Shown here: positions 13,471-27,085 of the stretch, piece after piece | How positions within the stretch are numbered: position 1 is the first letter of the stretch | Layout of the letters: every line of letters starts with the position of its first letter | Translations under genes and position numbers: made by a program | Notes under the pieces: model-generated | What the model saw: only the letters and a program-made list of their open reading frames with translations | The model's database searches: none | What the model was told of the DNA's origin: nothing | Source of the DNA: Felis catus | Lineage: Eukaryota | NCBI RefSeq assembly: GCF_018350175.1 | Contig: NC_058368.1 | Span: forward strand, 70,682,001 to 70,746,000 | DNA: 64,000 bases | Reading direction: 5' to 3'

Positions 13471-15011
13471 CCACATCTTCTTTATCCATTCATCCGTCGA
13501 TGTACATTTGGGCTCTTTCCTCTTTCCATACTTTGGCTATTGTTGATAGTGCTACTATAAACATTGGGGTTCATGTGCCCCTTCAAAACAACATACCTGT
13601 ATCCCTTGGGTAAATACCTAGTAATGCAATTGTTGGGTTGTAGGGTAGTTCTATTTTAATTTTTTGAGGAACCTCCATACTGTTCTCCCGAGTAGCTGCA
13701 CCAGTTTGCATTCCCACCAACAATGCAAAAGAGATCCTCTTTCTCCCCATTCTCGCCAATATCTGTTGTTGCCTGAGTTGTTAATGTTAGTCATTCTGAC
13801 AGGTGTGAGGTGGTAGCTCATTGTAGTTTTGATTTGTATCTCCCTGATGATGAGTGATGTTGAGCATTTTTCATGTGTTGGTTGGCCATCTGGATGTGTT
13901 CTTTGGAGAAATGTCTATTCATGTCTTTTGCCTATTTCTTCACTGGATTATTTGTTTTTTTCGGTGTTGAGTTTGAAAAGTTCTCTATAGATTTTGGATA
14001 CTAAACCTTTATCTGATACGTTGTTTGCACATATCTTCTCCCATTCTGTCAGTTGCCTTTTAGTTTTGCTGATTGTTTCCTTCACTGTGCAAAAGCTTTT
14101 TATTTTGATGAGGTCCCAATAATTCATTTTTGCTTTGGTTTCCCTTGCCCCCAGAGACGTGTTGAGTAAGAAGTTGGTGTGGCCGTGGTCAAAGAGGTTT
14201 TTGCCTGCTTTCTCCTCTAGGATTTTGATGGCTTCCTGTCTTATGTTTAGGTCTTTCATCCATTTTGATTTTATTTTTGTGTCTGGTGTAAGAAAGTGGT
14301 CCAGGTTCATTCTTCTGCATGTCGCTGTCCAGTTTTCCCAGCACCACTTGCTGAAGAGACTGTCTTTATTCCATTGGATAGTCTTTCCTGCTTTGTCAAA
14401 GATTAGTTGGCCATACATTTGTGGGTCCATTTCTGGGTTCTCTATTCTGTTCCGTTGATCTGAGTGTCTGTTTTTGTGCCAGTACCATACTATCTTGATG
14501 ATTACAGCTTTGTAATACAGCTTGAAGTCTGGGATTGTGATGCCCCCAGCTTTGGTTTTCTTTTTCAAGATTGCTTTGGCTATTTGGGATCTTTTCTGGT
14601 TCCATATAAATTTTAGGATTATTTGTTCTAACTCTGTGAAGAATGCTGGTGTCATTTTGATAGGTATTGCATTAAATATGTAGATTGCTTTGGGTAGTGT
14701 TGACATTTTAGCAATATTTTTTCTTCCTATCCAGGAGCATGGAATATTTTTCCATTTTTTTGTGTCTTCTTCAATTTCTTTCATAAACTTTCTATAGTTT
14801 TCAGTATATAGATTTTTCACCTCTTTGGTTAGATTTATTCGTAGGTATTTTATGGGTTTTGGTGCAATTGTAAATGGGATTGATTCCTTGATTTCTCTTT
14901 CTGTCACTTCATTATTGGTGTATAGGAATGCAACTGATTTCTGTGCATTGATTTTATATCCTGCGACTTCACTGAATTCATGAATCAGTTCTAGTAGTTT
15001 TTTGGTGGAGA
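13040..15011 (-). mobile_element. 5'-truncated carnivore L1 (ORF2 C-terminal part plus 3' UTR)
   Basis: ORF 13948-15051 is L1 ORF2 ([16 protein letters not shown]...[15 protein letters not shown]). Frameshift and stop near 13950; 15-bp TSD gagagaggagtattt at 13025-13039 and 15012-15026; internal (TG)n. Confidence 0.93.
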
Positions 15012-15526
15012 GAGAGAGGAGTATTTCTGATGCAGAATGCAAACTTCTCATTATTTTTTAAGGCGGCACTCAAACCTTTACAGATGATTTTCAAATCCTC
15101 GGAGCATATCTTTGCAGACTCTGATCAACAGTATTGTTCCCAGTTAATCACCTCCCCCTTACCAGTAATAGTCCCTTATTTGTTGCTCTGTGACTTGCAG
15201 TGACCTCTCTGTGGAAGGAGTATGATTTTCATGCCTCACCGATAGCCAGGTTGGCCATATGGCTTGCCTTTGGCAAATGGACTTGAACAGAAGTAACAAA
15301 CGCTACATCCAAATAGAAGCTCTCAGAGACACTGCAAGGCTCTTCTGTTTTCTTTCTGCCACTGGAAAACGGCACATTCCCATTGGGGGCTGTTCTTTCA
15401 GACCCCCATTCTGGATTCTGGAGTGAGGAAGACCCATGGAAGAGAACTGTCACCATTGCACAGCTGAGGTGTGACATGATTGAGAAGTAAATCTTTGTTC
15501 TCATAAGCTACTGAGAACTTTGGGGG

Positions 15527-16303
15527 TGTGGGAACCAACTCAGAACCCCAGAGTTGGTATAATTATCATAAGAAGCTAACAAAATTATTACAAGATTGTT
15601 ACAGGAAGCCAACTAAAAGCAACTTCTGGGAAATAATGCTGCCGTAAATTTCTCTTTAGGGCAGATCTCTTCCAGGAAGGGAGAAAAAAAGTAAAACCTA
15701 TCCCAAATCCCTTCTCCAGGGAAGATATATCGCTCTGAAAGAAACAGAAAGATCACTGTAGCTGTGTAGACAAACACTATCAGTAATTTTCTCATCTCCT
15801 CTTTGTTCTCCTAGAAATCCACTTACCTTTCCAAAAACTCATTTGTTTCCCTGCAAGTGCATTTCTCCCCTTCTCTTTCACTTCTGAAGATGGTGTATAA
15901 GCCCCAAATTCTAGCCATCCTTTTGTGTTACTCATCATTGTTGACCCACATGTGTATGTGTGTTACACATGTAGGTAAACTTGGGTTTTCCCGTTAACCT
16001 GGTTTTTGCTAGCTTATTTTTTAAAATTATTTTTAACATGTATTTATTTTTGAGAGACAGAGAAACAGAGTGTGAGTGGGGGAGGGGCAGAGAGAGAGGG
16101 AGTCACAGAATCTGAAGCGTGTTCCAGGCTCCGAGCTGTCAGCACGGAGCTCCATACGGGCTTGACCCACGAACTGTGAGATCATGACTTGAGCTGAAGC
16201 CAGACACTTAACTGACTGAGCCACCCAGGCACCCCTGGTTTTTGTCAGTTTGATTCATGGGCTTTGGGTACAGAACACAGAGGAAAAGTTTTTCCTCCTC
16301 TCC
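15527..16303 (+). mobile_element. ERV1-type solo LTR related to the 5748 element, with nested SINE
   Basis: Shares the tgaagat...taagcc...ttcta...gcca...gttactcat...gtaaact 3' layout with the LTR at 5748-6435. Confidence 0.5.
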
Positions 16304-19300
16304 ATGGGCCATTGTGTACTGTAACAAAGCTGATTAATACAGACTGGCAGGCCTGAGTTTCTGATTGTGTCAGTACCATTTGCTTGCTAGAGAAAGCTTA
16401 TGTTCTGGAAGACTCCTGGTCAAATGTTCCTTTATAGTCATATAAATTGAATATAGTTAATGATTTTGTCTTTCTTGTAAAAAAAAATAGGGTGAAGAAA
16501 TCGCGACTGTCGTATACTGGTATTAAGTCACAGTTACACATCTTCTTTTTCAGAAGACAAATTATACATATTGCAGAAAGAAAACAGGTTGGATAATATT
16601 TGCCAAATCCCCGTGAGAAACCTGTCTGTCTATAAATTATTCTTCCTTACTGTTTTAATGTTTCTATTAAAGAATAAAGAAGGAAGTGTCCATTAAATGT
16701 GCTTGAAATTCCCATTTAGAATTAGGACTGGCCCATCATGACTGTCCCAGGAGAGGTCATCAAAAGGAGCTGAGGTCCTCAGCTTCCTGAAGCTGGCATT
16801 TTCCCCTCTCCACAGAAGTTGCCTGTGGGTCACACACAGCACTTCTGTACCTGCCCCTAAGATCAAATAGAGTCCCAGAAATGCTCAGGCATTTGGAAAA
16901 TTTATCTCAGAGCAAGGGGCTGGAGAATCATGTAGATATTCCCAGATTTTGTTAAGCAAGTCGTTTGAGAGAAAAAATAAGAGACATAATACGAGACTCC
17001 CCATTTGGCTGACTACCACTTTATGAAACAAGAGATACCCCCAGTTGGTGACTGACGTATCTAGGTGATGGGTACATGGAAATTTCTTGTACTTTCTCCC
17101 AATCTATGTGTAATATGATTTTTTTCATAAATAAAAAGTTGAGAGAGAGAAAGAGAGAGAATCAAAATAGGCTTATTCCAGAGAAGAGGGTCGCCTAACT
17201 TTAGCAAGTGTTTAAAACAACTTAGCAAATTAACTTGCTGAGCCTTAATTTCTTCATCCATGATATGGGATTAAGAATACCTCTCTTAGGGTGCCTGAGT
17301 GGCTCAGCCAGTTGAGCATCTGACTCTTGGTTTCGGCTCAGGTCATGATCTCACAGTTTGTGAGTTCAAGCCCCACGTCAGGCTCTGCACTGACAGTACA
17401 GAGCCTGCTTGGGATTGTCTCTCTCTCTCCCCCTCTCTCTGCCCCTCCCCTGCTCAGCCTCTCTCTCTCCCTCAAAAATAAATAAATGAACTTAAAAAAA
17501 ATCATCTCTCTCATAGAATAGGGTCTTAGCAAGGGTTTCCAAGGATAGCACCCTTATGTCCACAAAATAGATACCTGTTTGTAATGAGATGTTTGCCCTC
17601 TGGTTACTAAAGTAATCCTCAAAGTATTTCAAATCCCTAAGTAGAAAGTTTGTTGTTACAGGGGCTCCTGGGTGGCTCAGTTGCTTAAGGGTCTGACTTT
17701 GGCTCGGGTCATGACTTCACAGTTTGTGAGTTTGAGCCTGAGTCGGGCTCTGTGCTGACAGTGTGGAGCCTGTTTGGGATTCTCTTTCTCCCTCTCTCTG
17801 TCCCTCCCTTGCTCGCTCTTTCTGTCTCTCAGAAATAAATTTTTTTAAAAATTTAAAAGAAAGTTTGCTGTTACAACTTGGTTATAATAAAGCACTTAGA
17901 TTTGGCCGCAGTACTTTTTAAAATATAAATATATGATTAGCTTTTAGCTAAATATTTAAGGGGCTGGGTGGATATTTTTTTGCCTGGGCAGCCTCTAGTT
18001 GCCTGCCTATTCTCTATGGATTCATAATGCCAACCAGACTGCCTCGTGGATCACTCCTTAGAAGACCCAGGGCTCCTCCCTGCTGACCCTGAAGAGTGAA
18101 GACCCGAAGTCCATCCTGCCAGTACAACCCAAGGTACCTGTGTTGCTACTGGAACCTGCTGAATGCAGCATTCCTCCACTAACCAGAGAACAGAAGTGGG
18201 TTCCCTGAGAACACCTCCGTCCCCCCCACCCCACCGCTGGCATACATGGATGGTTAGGAGTTGTGATCTTTATCACCTTCTTTGGCTGGAGATGAATTCA
18301 TCCCTTCTTTCCTGCTGAATCTTAGGATGAAAGGCACTTTGGAGGAAAAAGAACCTGATTCTAATTTCACTTTGGAACCAGAAATGTGTTTAAAATTTTT
18401 TTTAATGTTTATTTATTTTTGAGAGACAGACAGAGAGAGTGAGCAGGGGAGGGGCAGAGACAGAGGGAGACACAGAATCCGAAGCAGGCTCCGGCCTCTG
18501 AGCTGTCAGCACAGAGCCTGACATGGGGCTTGAACCCACAAACCATGAGATCATGACCTGAGCCAAAGTCAGACTTAACCCATGAGCTACCCAGGTGTCC
18601 CAGAAATATATATTTTTTAATGTTTATGTATTTATTTTTGAGAGAGAGAGAGAGAGCACAAGCGGGAGAGGGATGGAGAGAGAGGGAGACACAGAATCCA
18701 AAGCGGGCTCCAGGCTCTGAGTTGTCAGCACAGAGCCCAATGCAGAGCCCAAACCCACAAACTATAAGATCATGACCTAGGCTGAAGTCGGACACTTAGA
18801 CTGAGCCACCTAAGCACCCCTAGAAGAGTATTTCTTAATTCAGACTAGGGCAAATAAATTGGTAAAGAACTTGATGCCATTCTCAATCAATATGAGTTTT
18901 CTATCTCATTGATTTCCCATAGATCTTGTTTAGCATTTAGAATGTCCTGTTGTAGCATTTAGATATAGTGTATCATTTATTTTCCCTGTTAGTGTGTTCT
19001 TCTGAGATATGATAGATGATCAGTAAATGTTTATTAAATGGATGCAGGAGGATGCCTGGTGGCTCAGTGGGTTAAGTGTCTGACTCTTGATTTTAGCTCA
19101 GGTCATGATCTCACGGTTCATAAGATTGAGCCCCACGTTGGGCTCTGTGCTGACAGCACAGAACCTGCTTGCGATTCCCCCCTCCCTCTTTGCCCCTCCC
19201 CCCTCAAAATAAATAAATAAACATTAAGTGGATGGATGCATGCATGGATGGATGAAGGATGAGTATGTGGGTGAGTAAATGACTGCATGGGTCTATGGAG

Positions 19301-20524
19301 GGATGGTTAGAGTCCACTTTAATCTATGTAGCTATCCCTCTAAGATTTCTGCATAGACTCTGTATTATGGGATGAATGTTTGTGTATCACAAAATTCATA
19401 TTTTGAAGCCCTAACCTCCAATGTGATGTATCTGGAGGTGGCACCTTTTGGGAAGTAATTGGGATTAGATTAATTTAGGAAGGTAGGATCCTCATGATAG
19501 AATTATTACCCTTTTAAGAAGAGGAAGAGTCACTGGGGCTTTCTCTCTCTTTCCATATGCATGTGTGATTTTTGCTTATTAATAAGAATAAAAGTGTAAG
19601 CAGGAGGGGTGCCTGAGTGGCTCAGTCGGTTAAGCACCTGACTTCTGTTCAGGTCATGATCTCACGGTTTGTGGATTTGAGCCCTGCGTTAGGCTCTGTG
19701 CTAGCTTGGAGCCTGGAGCCTGCTTCAGATTCTGTGTCTCCCTCTTTCTCTGACCCTTCCCCGCTCACATTCTGTCTCTCTCTGTCTCTCAAAAATGAAT
19801 AAACATTTTAAAAAGAAAACATAAGCAAGAATGCTACATGACAACAGCCAACATTTATGGAGTATATCCCACGTGCTAGGCATTATAATAAAAGCTTTTA
19901 TGAGCATTATCTCATTTCCTCTCTTTCAGGATAGTCCTTAAGCAGGGCTCCTGTCAGCTCGTGGGCACTGTCGCAGTTGGGCCAGTTTTTCAAACATGGA
20001 AAGACTACGGGACTGGCTGGTAACCAGGTGAAGTTTGAGCGCCTGGTGTCTCCGTCCATCCACCACTCGGGCTCCAGGTAAGGCATCCAGAGGGGTTGCC
20101 CTGGTAACTGCCCCAGCATCCTGCTAGGGCAGCCACAGCTCCCACCCCATTTGTGGGCCCCAGACCCACGCAAAAACAACCATCGCCGACATGGCTTTGC
20201 GAGGGCCGTATTTACCTCCCACCATCTGGAACCCTCCAAAATTACGGCAGCTGCTTGGTGGAACAGCCTCCATAGCCTGTAACACAGGTTATTTGATATT
20301 TCTTTTTAAAAATTTTTTAACGTTTATTTATTTTTGAGACAGAGAGAGACAGAGCATGAATGGGGGAGGGGCAGAGAGAGAGAGGGAGACACAGAATCTG
20401 AAGCAGGTTCCAGGCTCTGAGCCATCAGTCCAGAGCCCGACGCAGGGCTCGAACTCACGGACCGCGAGATCGTGACCTGAGCTGAAGTCGGACGCTTAAC
20501 CGACTGAGCCACCCAGGCGCCCCT
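16020..20524. mobile_element. Can-SINE cluster: ~16020-16234 (-), 17288-17500 (+), 17660-17860 (+), 18395-18601 (-), 18615-18820 (-), 19048-19225 (+), 19606-19815 (+), 20300-20524 (-)
   Basis: Recurrent Can-SINE head and tail sequence; source of the MAQSV.../SAQVMISQ... ORFs. Confidence 0.9.
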
Positions 20525-21991
20525 TATTTGATATTTTGAATGTCACACCTGCCTTTCTTTTCCTTTTCCTTTTCACTTTGCACCAACCACAGCAAGATGA
20601 AAGCAAATCCACCTAAAAGATTTGTTTAAATCTCCCCAGAGATCAGATGTTTTTCATTTTTACCTGCTATCTTGGAGACCTTGTGTGTATACACGCACAG
20701 TTATCACACAGCTGTGATCACAGCAAAGTTCATTTTTGCGTCTTGCTTCTTTTGAGTAACATTACCTCATAAGAATTTCCCCCAAATCATTACGTCGGTC
20801 TTCAAACGTCCTGTTTTAATGATTTATTAGATCCTAGTTTGATTTAGAGCAGACACCTGTCTATGAAAATTATGTGTGGTAGGTGTGGGGGGAAGAGAGA
20901 GAGAAAGGAAAGACGATACAATGTCCTCTCTCCCTAGTCACTGCAGATTTTTCCCAACAGGTGTCAAGACAGCTAGACAAAGTATATTGTTCAAATTTCT
21001 CCTATGGGGCTGAATTGATAGCTCTGGAGGAGAAAGTGGAACTTTACAAACAGCTGTAATTACAAATTCGTCAAGATACCTGGCTCTTTGGTTCAGCATT
21101 ACTTGTTTTATGACCTTTTTCTTGGGGAGCTCAAGCCCCATGACACCCCAAAGCTTTTTGTTGAAGTCGTAATACTACAATTAAAAGAGGGCAACTGGAA
21201 CAAATCGTTAATTGTGAAAACATAGCCTATCCATTAAGTTCTAGAAAAATATCACTGATTTCTCAGGAACATCCCTTGACCTCAGAGTGATTAATTTGTT
21301 TATTTATAAGGACATTTATAAAAATTGGGCCCTTTTCCATGCCCTAAATCAATGCTCCGTAAACTTCCCCATGTCTTTTTGCAAGCTGGGAAAGTAATAA
21401 AGAAAAACAGGAAAGGGCTTGCTAACACTAGGTATTCCAAACACTTTCTTGTTGCTAAGGCTTTCGAATTCTTTTTTCGTGGAACACAGTATTACATGCT
21501 TAGCTTGCTGTAGGTAATTTAGCAACAGGATTTACCTAACAGAGCGGTTTTTACTTGATCTAATTTTAGATAATTACCTCTCTTTTCCAAGCTTGTTTCT
21601 ACACTACTTCTGCGGTCCTGGTTTGTCACACACACGTTTACCCTAGGATCTCCTGCTTGTAAGGCAGTAGATAGAACGGCTCAATTTCCTTCATCAAATT
21701 TCAAGCATGAACTATAAGTAAATGTGTAAAATTAGGAATTCCACACCGGTCATAAAAACCTACCCACAAACAGGTGGAGAACAGGAAACAAAAACAAAAA
21801 CAAGCAAAACCTGAATCAGAATGCCTAAGTCAATAAAAGATTTCATGAAACCCGGCAAATGCTAACATTACTGACAGCTGGATATCGAATCTGAGTCATT
21901 ACCCAAATAGGGCGCCCTACTTAATGTTCACCAAATACTGGAGATTTTCATTCAAAGGCAGTTTTCCTGGGACCGGGTTTGCTAATACCTT

Positions 21992-22228
21992 TTTTTATTT
22001 TATTTTATTTTTTAAATTTTTTTTTAACGTTTATTTATTTTTGAGACAGAGAGAGACAGAGCATGAACGGGGGAGGGGCAGAGAGAGAGGGAGACACAGA
22101 ATCGGAAACAGGCTCCAGGCTCTGAGCCATCAGCACAGAGCCCGACGCGGGGCTCGAACTCACGGACCGCGAGATCGTGACCTGAGCCGAAGTCGGACGC
22201 TCAACCGACTGAGCCACCCAGGCGCCCC
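21992..22228 (-). mobile_element. Young SINEC_Fc
   Basis: CpG-rich, near consensus; flanking direct repeat ccgggtttgctaatacctt at 21973-21991 and 22229-22247. Confidence 0.95.
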
Positions 22229-23159
22229 CCGGGTTTGCTAATACCTTAAGAAAGTTAGTCTCTGGAAATAAGGCAGGAAGTCAGCTGTCTCCTCAGCAAC
22301 TTCTCTCAGTTTTTGGAAAAACACTTTTTTTTCTCCTTATAGAACCTTTCATCTTTTTGTTCCAGCACATTTAAAAAAGCTGTACCTCACATACAGGGGT
22401 CTTTTTCCAAATATTCGTTACAGAGAACAGAGAGAAAACATCTTTTCTTCAAGGCTTCCTCTTGCCAGGTGCTGAGTATGTGCCTTCTGGGTGTTTCTAG
22501 TGGAAACTCGGCCAAACCACATACTGAAAACTGTCCCCAGAGGCTCCATAGCACTGGTTCTCTGAGCAGACACTATAATAGCTTCCCTACTTGTATCACA
22601 ACTTTTTATCACAAAGTTTTTGTGAGGACAAAATGAATGAAGGTAGTTGGGGTAGGATGGGGTTGGGAGAGGGTACTTCAAACTCCTAAGAGCGATTACT
22701 TGTGTGGGGTAGGATGCTACCTTCTACTTTAGACTTTTTTTTTTTTTAAGTTTGTTTATTTTAAGAGAGAGAGAGAGAGAGAGAGAGCAGGAGCAGGGAA
22801 GGGGCAGAGAGGGAGGGAGAGAGAGAATCCCTAGCAGGTTCCGTGCCATCAGTGTAGACCCCGACACTGGGCTCAATCCCACCAACCATGAGATCATGAC
22901 CTGAGCTAAAACCAAGAGTCAGACATTTAACTGACTGAGCCCCCCAGGTGCCCCTGTAGACATTTTTAACATTATGCATTACTTTTGAAACGATCAACTT
23001 TTCAATAATTACTTTTATTTTACACAGAGTGTGTCAAAGTGTCTTTGAGTCTGTACTATATTATATAAATAGGACAATTAGTAGCCTTCACTTCCCATTT
23101 AATGAGTCATTTCAAACCCAATGAAAAATGAAAAAAATACCATCTGAAAAAAATCTCTT

Positions 23160-23523
23160 TTTTTATAAATAGACTTATTTTTAGAGCAGTTTTAGCTTAT
23201 AGAAAAAATTAGCAGCAGTACCTACGGTTCCCATATATCTCCCTCTTCCCCATACATCCTTTCCCTGTTATTAACATCCTGCACAGGGTGGTACATTTCT
23301 TACAGTTGATGAGCCAGTGTTGATACATTAATATCAGATGAATTCTTTGGTTTACATTAGGTTCGCTCTTGGTGTACTTTCCGTGGGTTTTAACAAATAC
23401 ATAATGACAGGTATCTATCATGATAGTATCATACAGAAGAGTTTCACGGCCCTAAAAGTCCCCTGGTTTCCACCTATTTATGCCTCCTTCCCTCCCACCA
23501 ACAAACCCCTGGTAACCACTGAC
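23160..23523 (-). mobile_element. L1MC-like 3' fragment
   Basis: tagacttatttttagagcagttttag...aaacccctggtaaccactga is characteristic of L1MC 3' ends. Confidence 0.65.
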
Positions 23524-23524
23524 A

Positions 23525-24003
23525 GTAACCTTATCCAGGATCCTCTGAGCTTTTTCTTCAGTAGGCCTCAACATTGGCCTAGGAAGACTTGAACAAACAC
23601 TAACGTAATTGTTAAGGGCTCACAGCAGCAGTCCAAGGATGACCCCAGCCCCCTCAAGGTACCTGCCTGAGAAAGCACAAGGCTTCCCAGAGAATTGACT
23701 GTTCTAGCTGACACCTGAAGATAGGGCCTTTGTCCACCTGCCTTTGTGGGAAGGGTAGGAGCCTAACTTTTACAAACGCGAGTTAGCAAACACAACTGGG
23801 TTTTATATGGACCGACCCCCACCCCCATTCATGCTTTTTGTAAATTTTCACTTCCCTCCCCTCCCCTTCCCCCCTTAAAACACCAATCTCCTCCACATAG
23901 ATCAGGGTTAAGTTCAGTCCACTCTGGATTCGTTTCCCTATTGCAATTCTTTGAAATCTGTCCTTACCATGCTAGCTAGCATCCAGCCTTGTTTATCTTT
24001 GAC
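23525..24003 (+). mobile_element. Probable ERV LTR
   Basis: LTR-like composition ending in cttgtttatctttgaca; family not identified. Confidence 0.4.
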
Positions 24004-24774
24004 ATGTATAGTATGCCATGCTTGGCACCGCATGGTTTCATACCACATTGTGACCCTGGCCACACTGATTAAAACGTTATCAGGGGCCTGGTCCAACAGC
24101 AGCAAGTAGCTTTGGAAGTGGCCTTTACCCACCAAGATAATAGGGATCTTTAGTTTGTTCTACCAAGAAAAATACTCCCTTCTTTTGAAAAACATTCCTT
24201 CAGACCATATGGCACATATTTGGCAAGACTTGTGACCACAGCAATTAGTCTATGGGTGGGTTCCAAAACCATGTTGGACCAATCACAGTCTTTATCCTGA
24301 AATATTTTAATTCAGAACCAGTGAGTCTAGATTCATTGCCTCTCTGATGATGGAAACGTGGATCTCTGGAGCTGTCAGTTATCACATTCCCTGCCCTGTG
24401 CAAGTAAACTCTTTGAAAGAGAGATGAAGCTCATCAAGTAGAAGCAAGAGTCAAGGTGGTTTTCCAGGCCCTGATTCCCACTGTTCCTGAGACCCCTGTC
24501 CTTCCTGTAGATGTACAGTTATATCCCCTTTTAACTTAAACTCTTTTTTTCTTAATGTTGAGAGAGAGAGAGAGAGAGACAGAGTGCAAGTGGGGGAGAA
24601 GCATAGAGAGAGGGAGACAGAATCTGAAGTAGCTCTAGGCTCTGAGCCATCAGCACAGAGCCCGATGCAGGGCTTGAGCCCATGAACTGTGATATCATGA
24701 CCTGAGCCAAAATCAGACATTTAACCAACTGAGCCACCCAGGAACCCCTTAACTTAAACTCTTTTTGACTTGGG

Positions 24775-25200
24775 TTTGTGTTATCAGCTGAATTCTGATC
24801 CACCCAAATTTCCACCCCAAATTCACGTGTCAAAGCCCAAATACCCAGACTTCAGAATGTAACCTTATTTGGAAATAGGGTTATTGCAGATGTAATTAGT
24901 TAAAATGACATCATTAGGGTAGGCCCTAATCAAATATGACTGGCATCCCTATGAAAGGGTTCTTATAAAAATTCAATCTGTGATTGAATTTACAGAGAGA
25001 ATACCATGTGAACATGAAAACAGCCAACTATAAGGCTGGGAGAAAGGCCTGGAACAGATCCTTCCCTGTCAGAGCTCAGAAGGATACGACCCTATCTTAT
25101 CCAGGACTTCTAGACTCCAGAACTGTGAGATAATACATTTTTGTTATTTAAACAACCCAGTTTGTAGTGCTTTGTGATGGCAGCCCTAGAAAATTAATAG
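24775..25200 (+). mobile_element. MaLR LTR (MLT1-type)
   Basis: cagaatgtaaccttatttggaaatagggtt...cagaactgtgagataatacat...ggcagccctagaaaattaata. Confidence 0.8.
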
Positions 25201-26979
25201 AGTTTGTTACGTGCAGCCAAACTTCTGATTACCATGAGCACCCTCTCATGGACAGTGAGGAATAAATCAATTCAGCTTTCTCTTAGGGAGCTGGAATGAC
25301 AAGGCTCAATGAGTTAGTTGATCAGTAATGGCAGGAGCACTAGATATGGAGACACGGATAATTATTCACAGGGACAGGACCCTAACCTAGGGGACAATAG
25401 ACTCTCAACGTTTGTGTCTTCTAAGTTACTATCAGATGATTTGAGTTCTGTTGTGATTTCCTTTCAAGCCAGCTATCTTTGATATTGAAACACTTTCCCT
25501 CATTCTTATTGTATTCCCTATTTCCTGAGCTACTTTCAGTACTTTTTTATGTTTATTTTTGAGAGACAGAGAGAGAGACAGACAGACAGACAGAGTGTGA
25601 GTGGGGGAGGGACAGAGAGAAAGGGAGACACAGAATCTGAAGCAGGCTCCAGGCTCTGAGCTGTCAGCACAGAGCCCAACATGGGGCTCAAACTCACAGA
25701 CTGTGAGATCATGACCTGTTGGACACCCAACTGACTGAGCCACCCAGGCACCCTCTGATCTACTCTGAATATGACTTTGTTCCCTGTAACCTGAAAGATC
25801 TTGAATCTGTGCAACCAATAATATGTTTTTCTGGTTGAAAATTTTATTGAGATAGTGGTAGTAACTCACATGTAAGAAATAAGACAGAGAGATCCAGTAT
25901 ACACTTTACCCAGGTTTAGAGGTAATATTTTGCAAAACTAGAGTACAATATCAGCACCAGGATATTGACATAGATACAACCCATCCATATTATTCAGTTT
26001 TGTCTTAGGTATGCTCCTGTGGGTGTTTTGTTCTACTCAGTTTTATCACCGGTGTGTGTGCATATATCACCACAGTGAAGATTTTCAATGACAAGTTTTA
26101 TGTTTGTTTGTTTGTTTATGTATTTATTTGAGAGAGAGAGACAGAGTAAACACAAGTGGGGGAGGGACAGAAAGAGAGGGACAAAGAAAATCCCAAGCAG
26201 CCTCCACGATCAGCATGGAGCCCAACACAGGACTCGATCTCACAACTGTGAAATCATGACCTGAGCTGAAATCAAGAGTTGGACGCTTAACCATTGAGGC
26301 ACCCAGGTGCCCCGCAACAGATAGTTTTGAGGTCTTCTAGAAGTAAGGATAGAAACAAATAGTTTCCTGACAAAGCCCAGTTTAACATAAAACCCAGTAA
26401 AACAGATCAGCCATATCCCAAGTGGCCCATTTGCTTCCTGTACTTCTCTTATAACACTATTATACTTTTTAAAATAGTTGCTCATTCAGTTGTGTGTAAT
26501 TCCCACTAAATTCCATTATATACAAGGGCAAGAACTCTGTCTGGCTTGGTTATCATTGTATTCCAAATTCCCAGAGGCAGCCACTTTCAACTTTCCTAAT
26601 TATTTTATCTGGTATATATGCCCAAGTTTCTAAACAGTATGTTTATAATAAATCTTTTTATCACGAGATGACATCAATTGGCTCCTGTTATGATCAACGA
26701 GTATTATTCTTCCTTATATCATCACAAACACATACACTTCACAACCCTCCCAGAATAACAGTTTGACATTACTGAAATTAATAGATGAACTTTACATTAG
26801 GATAAAATAAGTATTCCTTCATGTTGAACCACGTAGAATACTGTAATAAATTGTTTTACTACAGAACTGATTGCTCTAGAGTTAACAACAAAATTATATT
26901 TCCATTTGTTTAGTTTTCCATATACCTATATTAATTTTTCTTCCAAACTCTATTGGTCATACATCTAGAAATCAGTTGA

Positions 26980-27085
26980 GTTTCTCCTTCTTCTCCCTCT
27001 CCTCCTCACCCTCCCCCTTCTTCTTCTTCCCCTCCTCCTCCTTCTCCTCCTCTTCCACTTCTTCCTCCTCCTCCTTCTTCTTTTT
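26980..27085. repeat. (CTC/CTT)n polypyrimidine low-complexity tract
   Basis: About 100 bp that are almost entirely C/T, abutting a SINE tail. Confidence 0.9.

Noticed and set aside
13948..15051. 367-aa ORF as a host gene
   Set aside because: It is L1 ORF2 in a 5'-truncated, frameshifted insertion with a TSD; its first residues come from flanking DNA.
19907..20239. Minus-strand 110-aa ORF with a faint C-type-lectin-like W-x-DG...NFTW stretch
   Set aside because: Too short a resemblance; no cysteine framework or supporting exon structure.
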